From the NCBI GenBank assembly GCA_038231275.1, contig JBBRLQ010000008.1, forward strand, positions 192,001 to 256,000: a stretch of DNA of 64,000 bases, in the 5' to 3' direction. This DNA is from Polyangiales bacterium (lineage in GTDB: Bacteria; Myxococcota_A; Polyangia; Polyangiales; Polyangiaceae). Below the pieces are notes generated by a model. It was not told where the DNA came from, made no database searches, and saw only the letters and a program-made list of their open reading frames with translations. Of the stretch, positions 19,569 to 32,681 are shown piece by piece. The position numbers and the translations under genes were made by a program. Position 1 is the first letter of the stretch. The number at the start of each line of letters is the position of its first letter.

Positions 19569-21203
19569 TCAGTGTGCCTTGCGGCGCGTCGCGGGGCTGA
19601 GAATGAATGTGCCGGGCTTGAGCGGCTTTCCCCATGAGGCCGCCGTGAGGACCGGCTTCACGCACGCGTCGAACGTGTGGCTGTACGAATCGGTCGGGTG
19701 CCCTATCCCGGTGACGCTGCCGCGCCCGTCGACGGCCACGGTATACGACGTCGTGAGCGTGAGCACCTCGCTGCCTTGGTTGAAATCGGCGCTCGGCGTG
19801 GCTTGTGCGCACTGATCGACCTTGGCCATGAGCGGCGCCATCACGAAGTAGAGGTGCTCGACGTGGTAGACGCCCATCGCCTGGACCGCGAGCGTGGTAC
19901 GTCCGGCCGACGGCGACGACGCGAGGCTCCCCGCGTCCTCCTCTTGTGGAGGCGCAGGCGGCGCAGATGGTGGCGCGCCTCCCCCATGCACGACGACGGC
20001 GCCCGCCGAGGACGACGCAGACGGCGCGGCAGCGAGCGCGGCCGATCCATCCGGGGCGAGCACGGCCAAAGGCGCAGCGTCACCGGCCGCGGCATCCGAC
20101 AACGGCTTGGTCGCGGCTGGCCGCCGCCCGACGAGCACCTCGTTGTAGAGCCCCGCGATCACCACCGCGGCGCCCAGGATCGCTACGATCACGAGCAAGA
20201 CGCGCGATCCGTGCCCCGCGCCTTGCGTCGCCGCGGCAGGAGCGTGCATCGGACCGTATGTCGGCGCGTGGATCGGAGCGTACGTCGGCGCGGCGACCAT
20301 CGGCGGTTGGGAGAACGCCGCGGCCGGCGGGCTGGAGTGCTGCGCCGCCGAGAAGCTCGACGCCCAGGGCGCGAGCGCCGCGAGCATCTCGTCCGCCGAG
20401 CCGAAACGCGCGTTCGGATCTTTCGCCATCGCGCGCTCGACGATCTGCGCGAGCCCCACCGGCACGTCGGGTCGCAGCTGCACGATCGGCGTCGGCTGCT
20501 TCTCGTCGATCGCGAAGACGAGCTCGGGGAGGCTCGAGGCGTTGAACGGCAGGCGACCCGTAAGTGCATTATACATGCAAATTCCGACACCGTAGAGATC
20601 GGTGCGCGCATCGACGGGGCGCCCGCGGATCTGCTCGGGCGCCATGTACGCAGGCGATCCGACCATCGCGCCGGTGGCAGTGAGCTGAGCCGCGCGCGGA
20701 TCGCCGGCCTGCTTCACGACGCCGAAGTCGACGAGCTTCACGATGTCCGCCGCGGCCGAGGTGCTCGTGAGGAACACGTTGTCCGGCTTCACGTCGCGAT
20801 GCACGAGCCCCGCGCGGTGCGCGGCCGAGAGCGCCGACAGGACTTGCGCGGCCACGTGCACGACGCGCGCGGCCGGGAGGGCGCCTCCTTTGGCGACGAC
20901 CTCTTGGAGCGACGCGCCCTGCAGGAGCTCCATCACGAGGAACGGCGGCGGGCCGAGCTGGAAGTCGGTCACCTGCACGATGTTCGGATGCCCGAGCGCG
21001 GCGGCGGCCTGCGCCTCGCGCTGGAAGCGAGCGATCGCGTCGCCGATCAGGGCGAGCTCGTCGTAGACGACCTTCACCGCGACACGGCGGCCGAGCCCCT
21101 CTTGCACCGCCTCGTAGACGGCGCCCATCCCGCCTGAGCCGAGGAGCCGCGTCACGCGGTACCGCCCGCCGAGGAGGACGCCGGTGAGATCCCGAGGGGT
21201 CAT
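19569..21203 (-). CDS. Ser/Thr protein kinase with TM helix and small C-terminal extracytoplasmic domain
   Basis: GSGGMG, VAVK, HRDVKPDN, DFG, GSPAYMAPE; TM VLLVIVAILGAAVVIAGL. Confidence 0.92.
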   Translation of the reverse strand: MTPRDLTGVLLGGRYRVTRLLGSGGMGAVYEAVQEGLGRRVAVKVVYDELALIGDAIARFQREAQAAAALGHPNIVQVTDFQLGPPPFLVMELLQGASLQEVVAKGGALPAARVVHVAAQVLSALSAAHRAGLVHRDVKPDNVFLTSTSAAADIVKLVDFGVVKQAGDPRAAQLTATGAMVGSPAYMAPEQIRGRPVDARTDLYGVGICMYNALTGRLPFNASSLPELVFAIDEKQPTPIVQLRPDVPVGLAQIVERAMAKDPNARFGSADEMLAALAPWASSFSAAQHSSPPAAAFSQPPMVAAPTYAPIHAPTYGPMHAPAAATQGAGHGSRVLLVIVAILGAAVVIAGLYNEVLVGRRPAATKPLSDAAAGDAAPLAVLAPDGSAALAAAPSASSSAGAVVVHGGGAPPSAPPAPPQEEDAGSLASSPSAGRTTLAVQAMGVYHVEHLYFVMAPLMAKVDQCAQATPSADFNQGSEVLTLTTSYTVAVDGRGSVTGIGHPTDSYSHTFDACVKPVLTAASWGKPLKPGTFILSPATRRKAH

Positions 21204-21314
21204 CCTCCACGACAGTAGAGCAGAAGACGAGCAGAAGACGCGCAGAAGAGGTTGAACCGACAGACAAGGACCATCGAGGAGCCACGAACGGGGCGAAAGT
21301 GGTACAGATCCGGA

Positions 21315-23810
21315 GTGCGCCTCGGGGACACGATCGGACGCTGGTTCGGCAGGGTCGAGGTCGTCATCGCCGGCGCCGAAGCGGCGCTGCGCGAAGGGGA
21401 TCAGGCGCTCGCGGCGGGCGACGCGATGCGGGCGCGCGCAGCGGCGAGGGAGGTGCTCGAGCGGGTGCCGCACTCGCCGCTGGGGCTCGCGCTGCTGGCC
21501 GACGCGTGCGAGCTCGGAGGCCTCGACGCGGAGCTGCAGCTGACGCTCGAAGAGCTGTCCGAGCGCGCGGCGCAGCGAGCCGACGTCTGGGTGCGGCTCG
21601 GCGGCGCGCGCGACAAGACACACGCGCCGCGGGAGGAGGTGCGCGACGCGTACGTGCGCGCGCTCGCCGTCGCCGAGCCGGGGAGCCAGGCGCGACGCGA
21701 CGCGCTGCTGGCGCTGGCCGATCTCGATCTCGCGCAGGACGACGGCGCACGCGCGGAGCTATGGCTCGATCGCGCGGCGTCGAACGCGGCCCCCGACGTG
21801 ATGCTCCGCCGCGCCGAGGCGCGCCTCGCACAGGGGGACGTCGTGGGCGCGCGCAAATGGCTCTCGACCCTCGCGAGCGACGCCACCGACGGGCGCGCGG
21901 CGCTGGCGCGAGGGCGCGCGTTCGCGATGGGTGGAAGCGCCGAAGCGTTCCCGTCGCTGTTGCGCGCGTACATGCTCGACACGCCCGGCGCGAGCGAAGC
22001 CCTCTCGTCGACGCTCGCGTGGGTCGCCGCCGATCCGGAGACGCGCGCACGCACCCGCGCCGTCGTCGACGCAAAGGGAGAGGCCACGCTCGCGCGTTTC
22101 CGCGCGGCCTTCGCGCGCGCCGACGGTCATCGCGACGAGGCGCGTGCGGCGCTGCTCGACGCGGTCTCCACCGGCGACGCGTCGGCCGCGCGTCCGCTGC
22201 TCGACGCCGCGCTGCAGGATCGCGACATGGGCGCGCTGCGTGGCGCGCTCACCGCGCTCGACGCGGGCAGCAGCGCCGACGAGCCGATCGCCGTCGACGC
22301 GCGGAGGCTCCTCGAAGGCGACACCCCCGAGCGTGTGCTCGATGCGCTCGCCACCGTGACCCACGAGCGCGTCCTACCGTGGGCGACCGAGGCCGCCGCC
22401 GACGTCGCGCGCGCGTGGGCACCTGCCGGCGCGCCCGCGGCGTGGCCCGCGCTCCTCGCACGCCTCGATGGCCATGCGCGCAGCCTCCACGATCTCGACG
22501 CGCTCACCGACGTCGCGCGCCTGGTCGTCGAGCGCACGCGCCCGGTCCGCGTCGCGATCGTCGGCGAGTTCAACGCCGGGAAATCCACCTTCATCAACGC
22601 CCTCATCGGCGCTGACGTCGCGCCCACCGGCGTCCTCCCGACGACGGCGACCCTCCACCACCTCCGGTATGCGCCCGATCCCATCGCCCGGATCCTCTTC
22701 GTTCTGCCGCACGAGCCGCCGGAGCGCATCGTGCGCGTCGAAGATCTGCGCGCGACGCTCAAGGGTGTCGGCGATGCCCCGGTTCGGCGCGTCGAAATCC
22801 ACCTCCCCATCGCCTCGCTGACGCGTGTCGAGATCCTCGACACGCCCGGCTTCAACGCCCCCGACAAGCGACACTCGGAGGTCGCGCGCGAAGCGTTCGA
22901 GGAGGCCGACGCCGCGATCTGGCTCCTCGACGCGGCACAGCCCTTGAAACAGACCGAGCGCGCGGTGCTCGAGGAGGCGAAGGCCGCGCGCCTTCCGGTG
23001 CAGATGCTCGTGAACAAGGCCGATCGCCTCGGCCCCGACGATCTCGCGAAGGTGATGGAGACGCTCCGCATCGCGCTCGACGAGGTCGGCCTCGCGTCGA
23101 CGACGCCCCCGATCGCGCTGTCGGCGCGGCTCGCCCTCGCGGGACGCCTCGGCGACGCGGCCGCGCTCGAGGCGAGCGGGTGGAGCAAGGTGCAATCGCT
23201 CCTCGACGAAGAGATCGTGGCACGAAGCGCCGACGTGAAGGAGCGCGCGCTGCGGCGCCGCGCGGCGAGGCTGGTCGCGAGGCTCGGCGCCAGCGCGGCG
23301 CGCGCGATGGAGGCCGAGCAGGCCGAGCGCGCACGAGAAGAGGCGCGGGTCGTCGCGCTCCGCGAGGCGGTCGCGCGCGTGGACCGCGAGGCCGAGGCGC
23401 TCGGCAAGCGCATCACCACCGCGCTCGAGACCCCGATGACCGCGTGGCGCCGCGATCTGCGCATGGTCGCGGCCGGACGCGACGCGGCCGCCGCGCAGGA
23501 TCCGAGCCTCGGCCAGTACCGGACCGATCGCGCGCTCGCCCACCTCGCGGGTCCCCTGGAGGCCGAGCTCGCGCGCCTGGTGCCCGACACGAGCGCGCGT
23601 CGCCTCCCGGTCCGCGCCATCGCCCGCGCCGCGGTGCGCACCTACGCGTCCGCGCCGACCTCCGAAGCGGCCGCGCCGACTCCCCTCGTGAGCGCGTCGA
23701 TCGCGACGTTGGGCGAGGTCCTCAGCCGCGCCGCCGTGCCGACTCCGAGCACCGCGATGGCCACCGGCCTCGTCCGCGAGCTGCGTGCCCTCTCCGAAGC
23801 CCTTGCGTGA
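21315..23810 (+). CDS. TPR-like repeat plus dynamin-family GTPase
   Basis: N-terminal helical repeats; GEFNAGKSTFINAL (G1), PTT (G2), DTPG (G3), NKAD (G4); helical C-terminus; start uncertain (21252 or 21315). Confidence 0.85.
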   Translation: MRLGDTIGRWFGRVEVVIAGAEAALREGDQALAAGDAMRARAAAREVLERVPHSPLGLALLADACELGGLDAELQLTLEELSERAAQRADVWVRLGGARDKTHAPREEVRDAYVRALAVAEPGSQARRDALLALADLDLAQDDGARAELWLDRAASNAAPDVMLRRAEARLAQGDVVGARKWLSTLASDATDGRAALARGRAFAMGGSAEAFPSLLRAYMLDTPGASEALSSTLAWVAADPETRARTRAVVDAKGEATLARFRAAFARADGHRDEARAALLDAVSTGDASAARPLLDAALQDRDMGALRGALTALDAGSSADEPIAVDARRLLEGDTPERVLDALATVTHERVLPWATEAAADVARAWAPAGAPAAWPALLARLDGHARSLHDLDALTDVARLVVERTRPVRVAIVGEFNAGKSTFINALIGADVAPTGVLPTTATLHHLRYAPDPIARILFVLPHEPPERIVRVEDLRATLKGVGDAPVRRVEIHLPIASLTRVEILDTPGFNAPDKRHSEVAREAFEEADAAIWLLDAAQPLKQTERAVLEEAKAARLPVQMLVNKADRLGPDDLAKVMETLRIALDEVGLASTTPPIALSARLALAGRLGDAAALEASGWSKVQSLLDEEIVARSADVKERALRRRAARLVARLGASAARAMEAEQAERAREEARVVALREAVARVDREAEALGKRITTALETPMTAWRRDLRMVAAGRDAAAAQDPSLGQYRTDRALAHLAGPLEAELARLVPDTSARRLPVRAIARAAVRTYASAPTSEAAAPTPLVSASIATLGEVLSRAAVPTPSTAMATGLVRELRALSEALA

Positions 23811-23837
23811 GCCTCGATTTCCAGGCACCACAATCCC

Positions 23838-24326
23838 ATGCGCTTTCGTCACCCCTTCGCCGCTGCGCTGATCCCCGTGCTGGGCCTCGCGCTCGCCGCG
23901 TCCGAGCGCCCCGCGGTCGCCGATCCGCTGCTGGAGGTCGGGGGAGACAAGATGAGCGTCGAGGCCGAGCGCCTGGACGTCGACGTCAACGCCGGCGAGG
24001 CGGTGCTCACCGGCAAGGTCATCCTCTCGAAAGGCGATCTGAAGGTCAGCTGCCCGCGCATCGATCTTAAGTTCAACACCTCGCCCCACATCACGTGGGC
24101 GAAGGGCTCCGGCGGCGTTCAGGCCGACGTACGCGGCGTCCACGCGGAGGCGCCGGAGGTCGAGCTCGATCTCGTCAAGTCGTCGCTTGAGCTTCGCGGC
24201 GGCGTTCGCCTCACGCGCGGTCAGGGATGGCTCCAGGCCGAGAAGGCGACCATCGACATCGCGTCCGCCAAGGTCACGCTCACGCAGGTGAAGGGCTCGA
24301 TCCCGGTCCCGCCTCGAGGCCCGTGA
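23838..24326 (+). CDS. lptA: LptA/OstA family LPS transport protein
   Basis: Signal peptide; VEAERLDVD..AVLTGKV..GGVRLTRG beta-jellyroll pattern; upstream of lptB. Confidence 0.8.
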   Translation: MRFRHPFAAALIPVLGLALAASERPAVADPLLEVGGDKMSVEAERLDVDVNAGEAVLTGKVILSKGDLKVSCPRIDLKFNTSPHITWAKGSGGVQADVRGVHAEAPEVELDLVKSSLELRGGVRLTRGQGWLQAEKATIDIASAKVTLTQVKGSIPVPPRGP

Positions 24327-25075
24327 GCGAAGCGGCCTTGCGCATCGAGGACCTCCGCGTCGTCCGCGGGGGCAAGGCGATCGTCCGCGGCGTCTCGCTC
24401 GACGCGCACGCGGGCGAGGTGCTCGGCTTGCTCGGTCCGTCCGGCGCGGGCAAGTCGACCCTCTTCCGCGCGATCGCCGGCGAGCTGCCGTGCGAGGGCG
24501 GGCACGTCCACCTCGGCGCCGACGACGTCACGGCGTGGCCGCTCTGGCGCCGCGCGCGTGCCGGGCTCGGCTACGTCCCGCAGACGCCGAGCGTCCTCTG
24601 GGATCTCACCGTGCGCGGCAACCTCGACGCGTTCCACCGCATCGTCCTCGAGCGCGCGCCCACGGCGAACGAGATCGATCTCGCCGCCGACCGCGTGAAC
24701 CTCACGAGCCGCCTCGACGTGAACGCCGGCGAGCTGTCGGCCGGCGAGCGCCGTCGCCTCGAGCTCGCGCGCGCCATCACCCGGCAACCCAAGGTCCTCG
24801 TCTGCGACGAGCCGTTCGCCGGCGTCGATCCGCAAGGCGCCGCGCACCTCGGCGAGCTCCTCCGCGAGCTCGCCAAGACCGGGGACGTGGCCGTCATCCT
24901 GGCCGACCACCACGTCGCCGAGGCGCTCCACATCTGCACCCGCGCGACGCTCCTCCTCGACGGCCAAATCGCCGCGAGCGACGAGCCGGAGGCGTTCCGA
25001 GACCACCCCCTCGTGCGTGGCCGGTACCTCGGCAGCTGGCAGCGATCGTTGCCGCCGCCCGCCCCCAGCAAGTAG
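24323..25075 (+). CDS. lptB: LPS export ABC ATPase
   Basis: GPSGAGKST, GLGYVPQ, LSAGERRRLE, DEPFAGVDP, DHHV; upstream of rpoN. Confidence 0.9.
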   Translation: MSEAALRIEDLRVVRGGKAIVRGVSLDAHAGEVLGLLGPSGAGKSTLFRAIAGELPCEGGHVHLGADDVTAWPLWRRARAGLGYVPQTPSVLWDLTVRGNLDAFHRIVLERAPTANEIDLAADRVNLTSRLDVNAGELSAGERRRLELARAITRQPKVLVCDEPFAGVDPQGAAHLGELLRELAKTGDVAVILADHHVAEALHICTRATLLLDGQIAASDEPEAFRDHPLVRGRYLGSWQRSLPPPAPSK

Positions 25076-25149
25076 CTCCGCGGTCGCCGTTCTCACTAGA
25101 GGAGGAGGGAAAACCCGCCCGCAAACGCCTGCGCAGCGCGTTTGACGCC

Positions 25150-25165
25150 TGGCACGAAAGTCGCT
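25150..25165 (+). promoter_or_regulatory. sigma-54 -24/-12 promoter upstream of rpoN
   Basis: TGGCACGAAAGTCGCT versus consensus TGGCACG-N4-TTGCW; exact GG-N10-GC spacing. Confidence 0.7.
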
Positions 25166-25238
25166 GTGCGAGGCGCGCGGCGGGTGTTACCTTAAAGAAT
25201 CGCAGGGCACCTTCGGGGGATCGCGGAGCTCGGTTCTG

Positions 25239-26777
25239 ATGGAAATCAAACAGCAACTAAAGCTCAGTCAGCAGCTGGTCATGACCCCGCAGTTGCAGCA
25301 GGCGATCCGCCTCCTGCAGCTTTCGCGCCTGGAGCTCATCGACGAAATCCGCAAGGAGCTCGACGCCAACCCCGTGCTCGCGGACGACGAGATCGATCCG
25401 CGTGCCCGCGGCCAGAAGACGGAGACCGGAGCCGCGCCCAACGAGCAGATCGACCCAGGCGTCGCCGCCAGCGCCGGCGAGGAGCGCATCGAGCGCCTCG
25501 AAGACCGCATGCGCGCGGCCGATCCGAACACCACTCACCCCGACGAAAAACGCACGCAAGAGATCGACTGGGAGCAGTTCCTCGAGAACCGCACCCTCCA
25601 GCAGCCGCTGCCCGCCAGCCGCGGCGGCTTCGAAGAGCTCCCGCCGATCGAGGCGAGCCTCACGAAGCAGCAGAGCCTCGTCGACCACCTCAAATGGCAG
25701 CTCCAGCTCTCCGACTTCGGAGACGACGAGCGCCGCTTCGCCGAGCTCGTCCTCGGCAACCTCGACGAAAACGGCTTCCTCGATCTCAAAGGCACCGAGC
25801 GCGAAGACGGAACACGCACCCCAGACCTCACCATCGAAGAGATGGCCGAGGCCGCCGAGCTGAACCCCGAGGACGCGCCCGAGGTCCTGCGCATCATGCA
25901 GGAGTGGGATCCGGTCGGCGTGTGCTCCCGCGGCCTCAAAGAGTGCCTCATGGTCCAGGCCGAGGTGTTCGGCTACGACGACCTCGAGGTGCTCATCATC
26001 GACAAGCACCTCCACAACCTGGAGAAGCACAACTACCAGGCGATCGCGCGCGATCTGAAGGTGCCGGTCGAAGAGGTGTACGAGGCCGTCAAGGAGATCC
26101 AGAAGCTCGAGAGCCGTCCGGCCCGCAATTTCAGCGAGACCGACGAGAAGAGCATCGCGATCACCCCCGACGTGTACGTCATCAAGGACGGCGGCAAGTT
26201 CGTCGTCTCGGACAACGATCGCGGCGTGCAGCGCCTCTACATCAACGAAGCGCTGACGAAGCAGCTCCTCAAGGATCCGAACGCCAAGGAGTTCATCGGC
26301 GAGAAGCTCCGCAACGCGCAGTGGCTGATTCGCGCGATCGAGCAGCGCCGAAAGACGATCATCCGCGTCACCGAGTGCATCGTCGAGAAGCAGCGCGACT
26401 TCTTCGAGAAGGGAGTGGCCTTCTTGAAACCCATGATCCTGCGCGACGTCGCCGAGACCGTGGGCATGCACGAGTCGACGATCAGCCGCGTCACGACGAA
26501 CAAGTACGTGCACACGCCGCAAGGGCTCTTCGAGCTCAAATACTTCTTCAACTCGTCGATCCGGCGCGTCGCGGAAGAAGACATCGCGAGCGAGAGCGTC
26601 AAGCAGGCGATCAAGAAGATCATCGACGGCGAGGACAAGCAGAACCCGCTCTCCGATCAGGCGATCGTCGAGATCCTCGCGAAGAACGACGGCATCCAGA
26701 TCGCGCGCCGCACGGTCGCCAAGTACCGCGAGATGCTCGGCATCCTCGCCTCCAGCAAGCGCAAGAAGCTCTTCTAG
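25239..26777 (+). CDS. rpoN: RNA polymerase sigma-54 factor
   Basis: MTPQLQQAIRLLQL, HESTISR, RpoN box ARRTVAKYRE. Confidence 0.99.
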   Translation: MEIKQQLKLSQQLVMTPQLQQAIRLLQLSRLELIDEIRKELDANPVLADDEIDPRARGQKTETGAAPNEQIDPGVAASAGEERIERLEDRMRAADPNTTHPDEKRTQEIDWEQFLENRTLQQPLPASRGGFEELPPIEASLTKQQSLVDHLKWQLQLSDFGDDERRFAELVLGNLDENGFLDLKGTEREDGTRTPDLTIEEMAEAAELNPEDAPEVLRIMQEWDPVGVCSRGLKECLMVQAEVFGYDDLEVLIIDKHLHNLEKHNYQAIARDLKVPVEEVYEAVKEIQKLESRPARNFSETDEKSIAITPDVYVIKDGGKFVVSDNDRGVQRLYINEALTKQLLKDPNAKEFIGEKLRNAQWLIRAIEQRRKTIIRVTECIVEKQRDFFEKGVAFLKPMILRDVAETVGMHESTISRVTTNKYVHTPQGLFELKYFFNSSIRRVAEEDIASESVKQAIKKIIDGEDKQNPLSDQAIVEILAKNDGIQIARRTVAKYREMLGILASSKRKKLF

Positions 26778-27007
26778 GCGTTCTCACGCTCTCGCCGGGA
26801 CGGCCGAGCCCTCGTATCCGGGTCGAGCAAGGTCCGTCCAGCGCCAAAAAACTGCGGAATGTCCGACGCTTCCGGGGGGTTACCCGCGCGTGACAAACCC
26901 GTGCGTGTCGTGCGCCTTTTTGTGCACGGGCCCCTCCGTAGACGGGGCTATTCTGAAGACATGGAGCGGCGGGGCTCGCGCCCAGCTGCCCAGGGAGGCT
27001 GAGCCCA

Positions 27008-27352
27008 ATGAACATCGCGATCACGTTCCGCCAGATGGATGCAACCGAGGCGATGCGTGCGTATGCAACGGACAAGATCGGAAAGGTCCAGAAGTTCCTC
27101 CGTCAGCCCATGAAGGGGCACGTGACGCTCAGCCTGGAGAAACGGCTCCACACGGCAGAAGTCGACGTCCACTCGGGCTCGGAGCATTACCACGCGACCG
27201 AGAAGAGCGAGGACATGTACGCCTCGATCGACAAGGTGATCGACAAGGTCGAGCGTCAGATCCGCGAGCATCACGGCGTCGCGAGCGGCCGGAAGAAGGG
27301 CGCCGAGCGCGCGAGCGAGCACCTCATCGCGGACGAGACCGGCGAAGAGTAG
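27008..27352 (+). CDS. hpf: ribosome hibernation promoting factor / RaiA
   Basis: MNIAITFRQMDAT..DMYASIDKVIDKVERQIR; rpoN-adjacent. Confidence 0.95.
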   Translation: MNIAITFRQMDATEAMRAYATDKIGKVQKFLRQPMKGHVTLSLEKRLHTAEVDVHSGSEHYHATEKSEDMYASIDKVIDKVERQIREHHGVASGRKKGAERASEHLIADETGEE

Positions 27353-27370
27353 AGGCGCGAGGAAGTGAGG

Positions 27371-27397
27371 GTCCGTCCACGCCTTTCGTGGACGGGC
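27371..27397 (+). terminator. stem-loop after hpf (possible terminator or processing site)
   Basis: GTCCGTCCACG-CCTTT-CGTGGACGGGC; weak U-tract. Confidence 0.45.
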
Positions 27398-27508
27398 TCC
27401 CTTCGGCTGGGTAAGGTTGTCGCAAGGGACGCCGCCGCCGACGGAAATGGTCGCGTTGGGGGGCTTTCGCGGCGAAAGCGGCGGCACCACCTTTCCTAGG
27501 CCTACCCC

Positions 27509-28009
27509 ATGCGACTTACCGAGCTTCTCACCCCCGCGCGCGTAGGAATCGAGCACGTCGCTCCGACCGGAAGCGAAGGCGGCGCCGACCGCGCGAAGAA
27601 CGGCTTGTTCGATAAATCAAAGGCGCTCTCGCTCCTTGCGGGAATGCTGGCGACGGGCGCGTCGGTGTCACGCGCCGAGGTGGAGCGTGTGCTCGTCGAG
27701 CGCGAGGGGCTGCAGTCGACCGGCATCGGCGAGGGGGTCGCGATCCCGCACGGCGCGCTCCCGCAGCTCGACGCGCAGAGCGCCGCACTCCTCATTGTGC
27801 CCGAAGGCGTCCAGTTCGATGCCATCGACGGCGCCCCCGTGAACATCCTCTTCGCCGTCATCGGCCCCAAGCGCGCGACGGGCGAGCACCTCAAGACGCT
27901 CGCGCGCGTGAGCCGTCTCCTCCGGAACAAGGGCTTTCGCGACCAGCTGGTGGGTGCATCGGCGGCGCAAGTCGCGTACGATCTGATCGCTGCCGAGGAG
28001 CAGAAATGA
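27509..28009 (+). CDS. ptsN: PTS IIA (Ntr-type)
   Basis: REGLQSTGIGEGVAIPH, FDAIDGAPV, HLKTLARVSRLL. Confidence 0.93.
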   Translation: MRLTELLTPARVGIEHVAPTGSEGGADRAKNGLFDKSKALSLLAGMLATGASVSRAEVERVLVEREGLQSTGIGEGVAIPHGALPQLDAQSAALLIVPEGVQFDAIDGAPVNILFAVIGPKRATGEHLKTLARVSRLLRNKGFRDQLVGASAAQVAYDLIAAEEQK

Positions 28010-28025
28010 GCGATCCGGGGGGACC

Positions 28026-29197
<1,172 letters not shown>

Positions 29198-29201
<4 letters not shown>

Positions 29202-30280
29202 GCACCGTCTCCACCACCTCCGCCTTTCCCACCGATCCGCGCGCGCGTCCGCTGGTCGTCGTCGTCACCGGAATGAGCGGCGCCGGCAAGTCGACCGCGC
29301 TGCACGCACTCGAGGATCTCGGGTTCTTCTGCACCGACAACCTCCCGACGGTGCTGGCGCCGCAGGCCGTCGCGCTCTGCGAGCACGGCGGCATGACGCG
29401 GGTCGCCCTGGGCATCGACGCGCGCGTCCGAGCGTTCCTCGGCGAGACGGGCAACGTGCTCGCGATGCTCGAGAACGGCGGCCAGCGCGAGGTGCAGATC
29501 ATCTTCCTCGACGCGTCCGACGAGACGCTCCTGCGTCGCTTCAGCGAGACGCGGCGACGGCATCCGCTCGACACGAGTGGGCAGGACGGCGCCGGCGCAG
29601 TGCTCGAGGGAGTCGCCCTCGAACGCGAGCGCCTCGCTCCCCTGCGCGCGCGCGCAACGCGGGTCTTCGACACCACGCTCCTCAGCGTCCACGAGCTCCG
29701 CCGCGCGGTCATCGCGCACTTCGGGCCTGCCGGCGACGGCACCCCCGAGGGCATGAGCACGCGCATCGTATCGTTCGGCTTCAAGTACGGCGCGCCGGTC
29801 GACGCCGATCTCGTGCTCGACGTTCGATTCCTCGAAAACCCTTATTTCGTGCCGGAATTGAAGAATTTGCCCGGCACCGATCCCGCTGTGGAGCGCTTCG
29901 TCCTCGCGCTGCCGGAGACGCGCGAGTTCGTGCAGAAGACGCTGGAGCTCCTGCGCTTTGTGCTGCCGAAGTACGCACGCGAGGGGAAGAGCTACCTGAC
30001 GATCGGCATCGGCTGCACCGGCGGGCGCCATCGCTCGGTCGTCGTCGCCGAGCGGCTCGCCGCCGATCTCACCGCGGCGCTCGGCGGCGACATCACGCTC
30101 GTCCACCGCGACGTGCTCCGCAAAGGGACCGGTGGCATCGCCGCGCGGTCCGCGTCCCAGCCGCCGCCGCCGCCCCACCTCGCGATGCCCGAAGAGCACA
30201 GCGAGCTGAAACACGCCTTGTCCCCGCTTCCGCAGCCCGTCCACCAGAGCTTTCGTCCGCCCAAGGGAGGCAGCCTATGA
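29198..30280 (+). CDS. rapZ: RNase adapter RapZ
   Basis: TGMSGAGKS, DNLP, SFGFKYG, DVRFL, GCTGGRHRSV. Confidence 0.97.
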
Positions 30281-30555
30281 GCGAGCGCGAGGTCAAGCGC
30301 TTCGAGATCGTGAACAACCTCGGGCTGCACGCGCGCGCGGCGACCAAGCTCGTCCAGCTCGCGTCGAAGTACCCGTGCGACGTCGAGGTCGCCAACGACG
30401 AGCAGACGGCGAACGGCAAGAGCGTCATGGGCGTGCTGCTCCTCTGCGGCTCGCGCGGGACGACGATCGAAGTGCGCGCGACCGGTACGCAGGCGAAGGA
30501 ATGCGTGGAGGCCATCGGCCAGCTGATCGCCGGAAAATTCGGGGAGCCTGCGTGA
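30277..30555 (+). CDS. ptsH: phosphocarrier HPr
   Basis: GLHARAA (His15), KSVMGVL (Ser46). Confidence 0.96.
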   Translation: MSEREVKRFEIVNNLGLHARAATKLVQLASKYPCDVEVANDEQTANGKSVMGVLLLCGSRGTTIEVRATGTQAKECVEAIGQLIAGKFGEPA

Positions 30556-30556
30556 G

Positions 30557-32521
<1,965 letters not shown>

Positions 32522-32530
32522 GGTCTTCGA

Positions 32531-32634
32531 CGTCTCCAGACGCCCATCGCGCTTTGCGCGATTCGCCGACAGGCGATGGGGGGAGGCTCACGCCGAAGGC
32601 GTGAGGGGGCCCTCGGCCCCACCAGACGAAGGTA
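32531..32634 (+). repeat. structured multi-hairpin element, family A copy 1 (3' of ptsI)
   Basis: Four hairpins plus conserved GGGGGAGGCTCACG and CCCCACCAGrCGAAGGTA blocks shared with 47912-48027. Confidence 0.8.
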
Positions 32635-32640
32635 AACATG

Positions 32641-32681
32641 AAGTCGCCTTCAACGATTCTCCGAATCGTTGAAGGCGACTT
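32641..32681. repeat. perfect 19-bp inverted repeat with 3-nt loop
   Basis: AAGTCGCCTTCAACGATTC-TCC-GAATCGTTGAAGGCGACTT. Confidence 0.95.
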
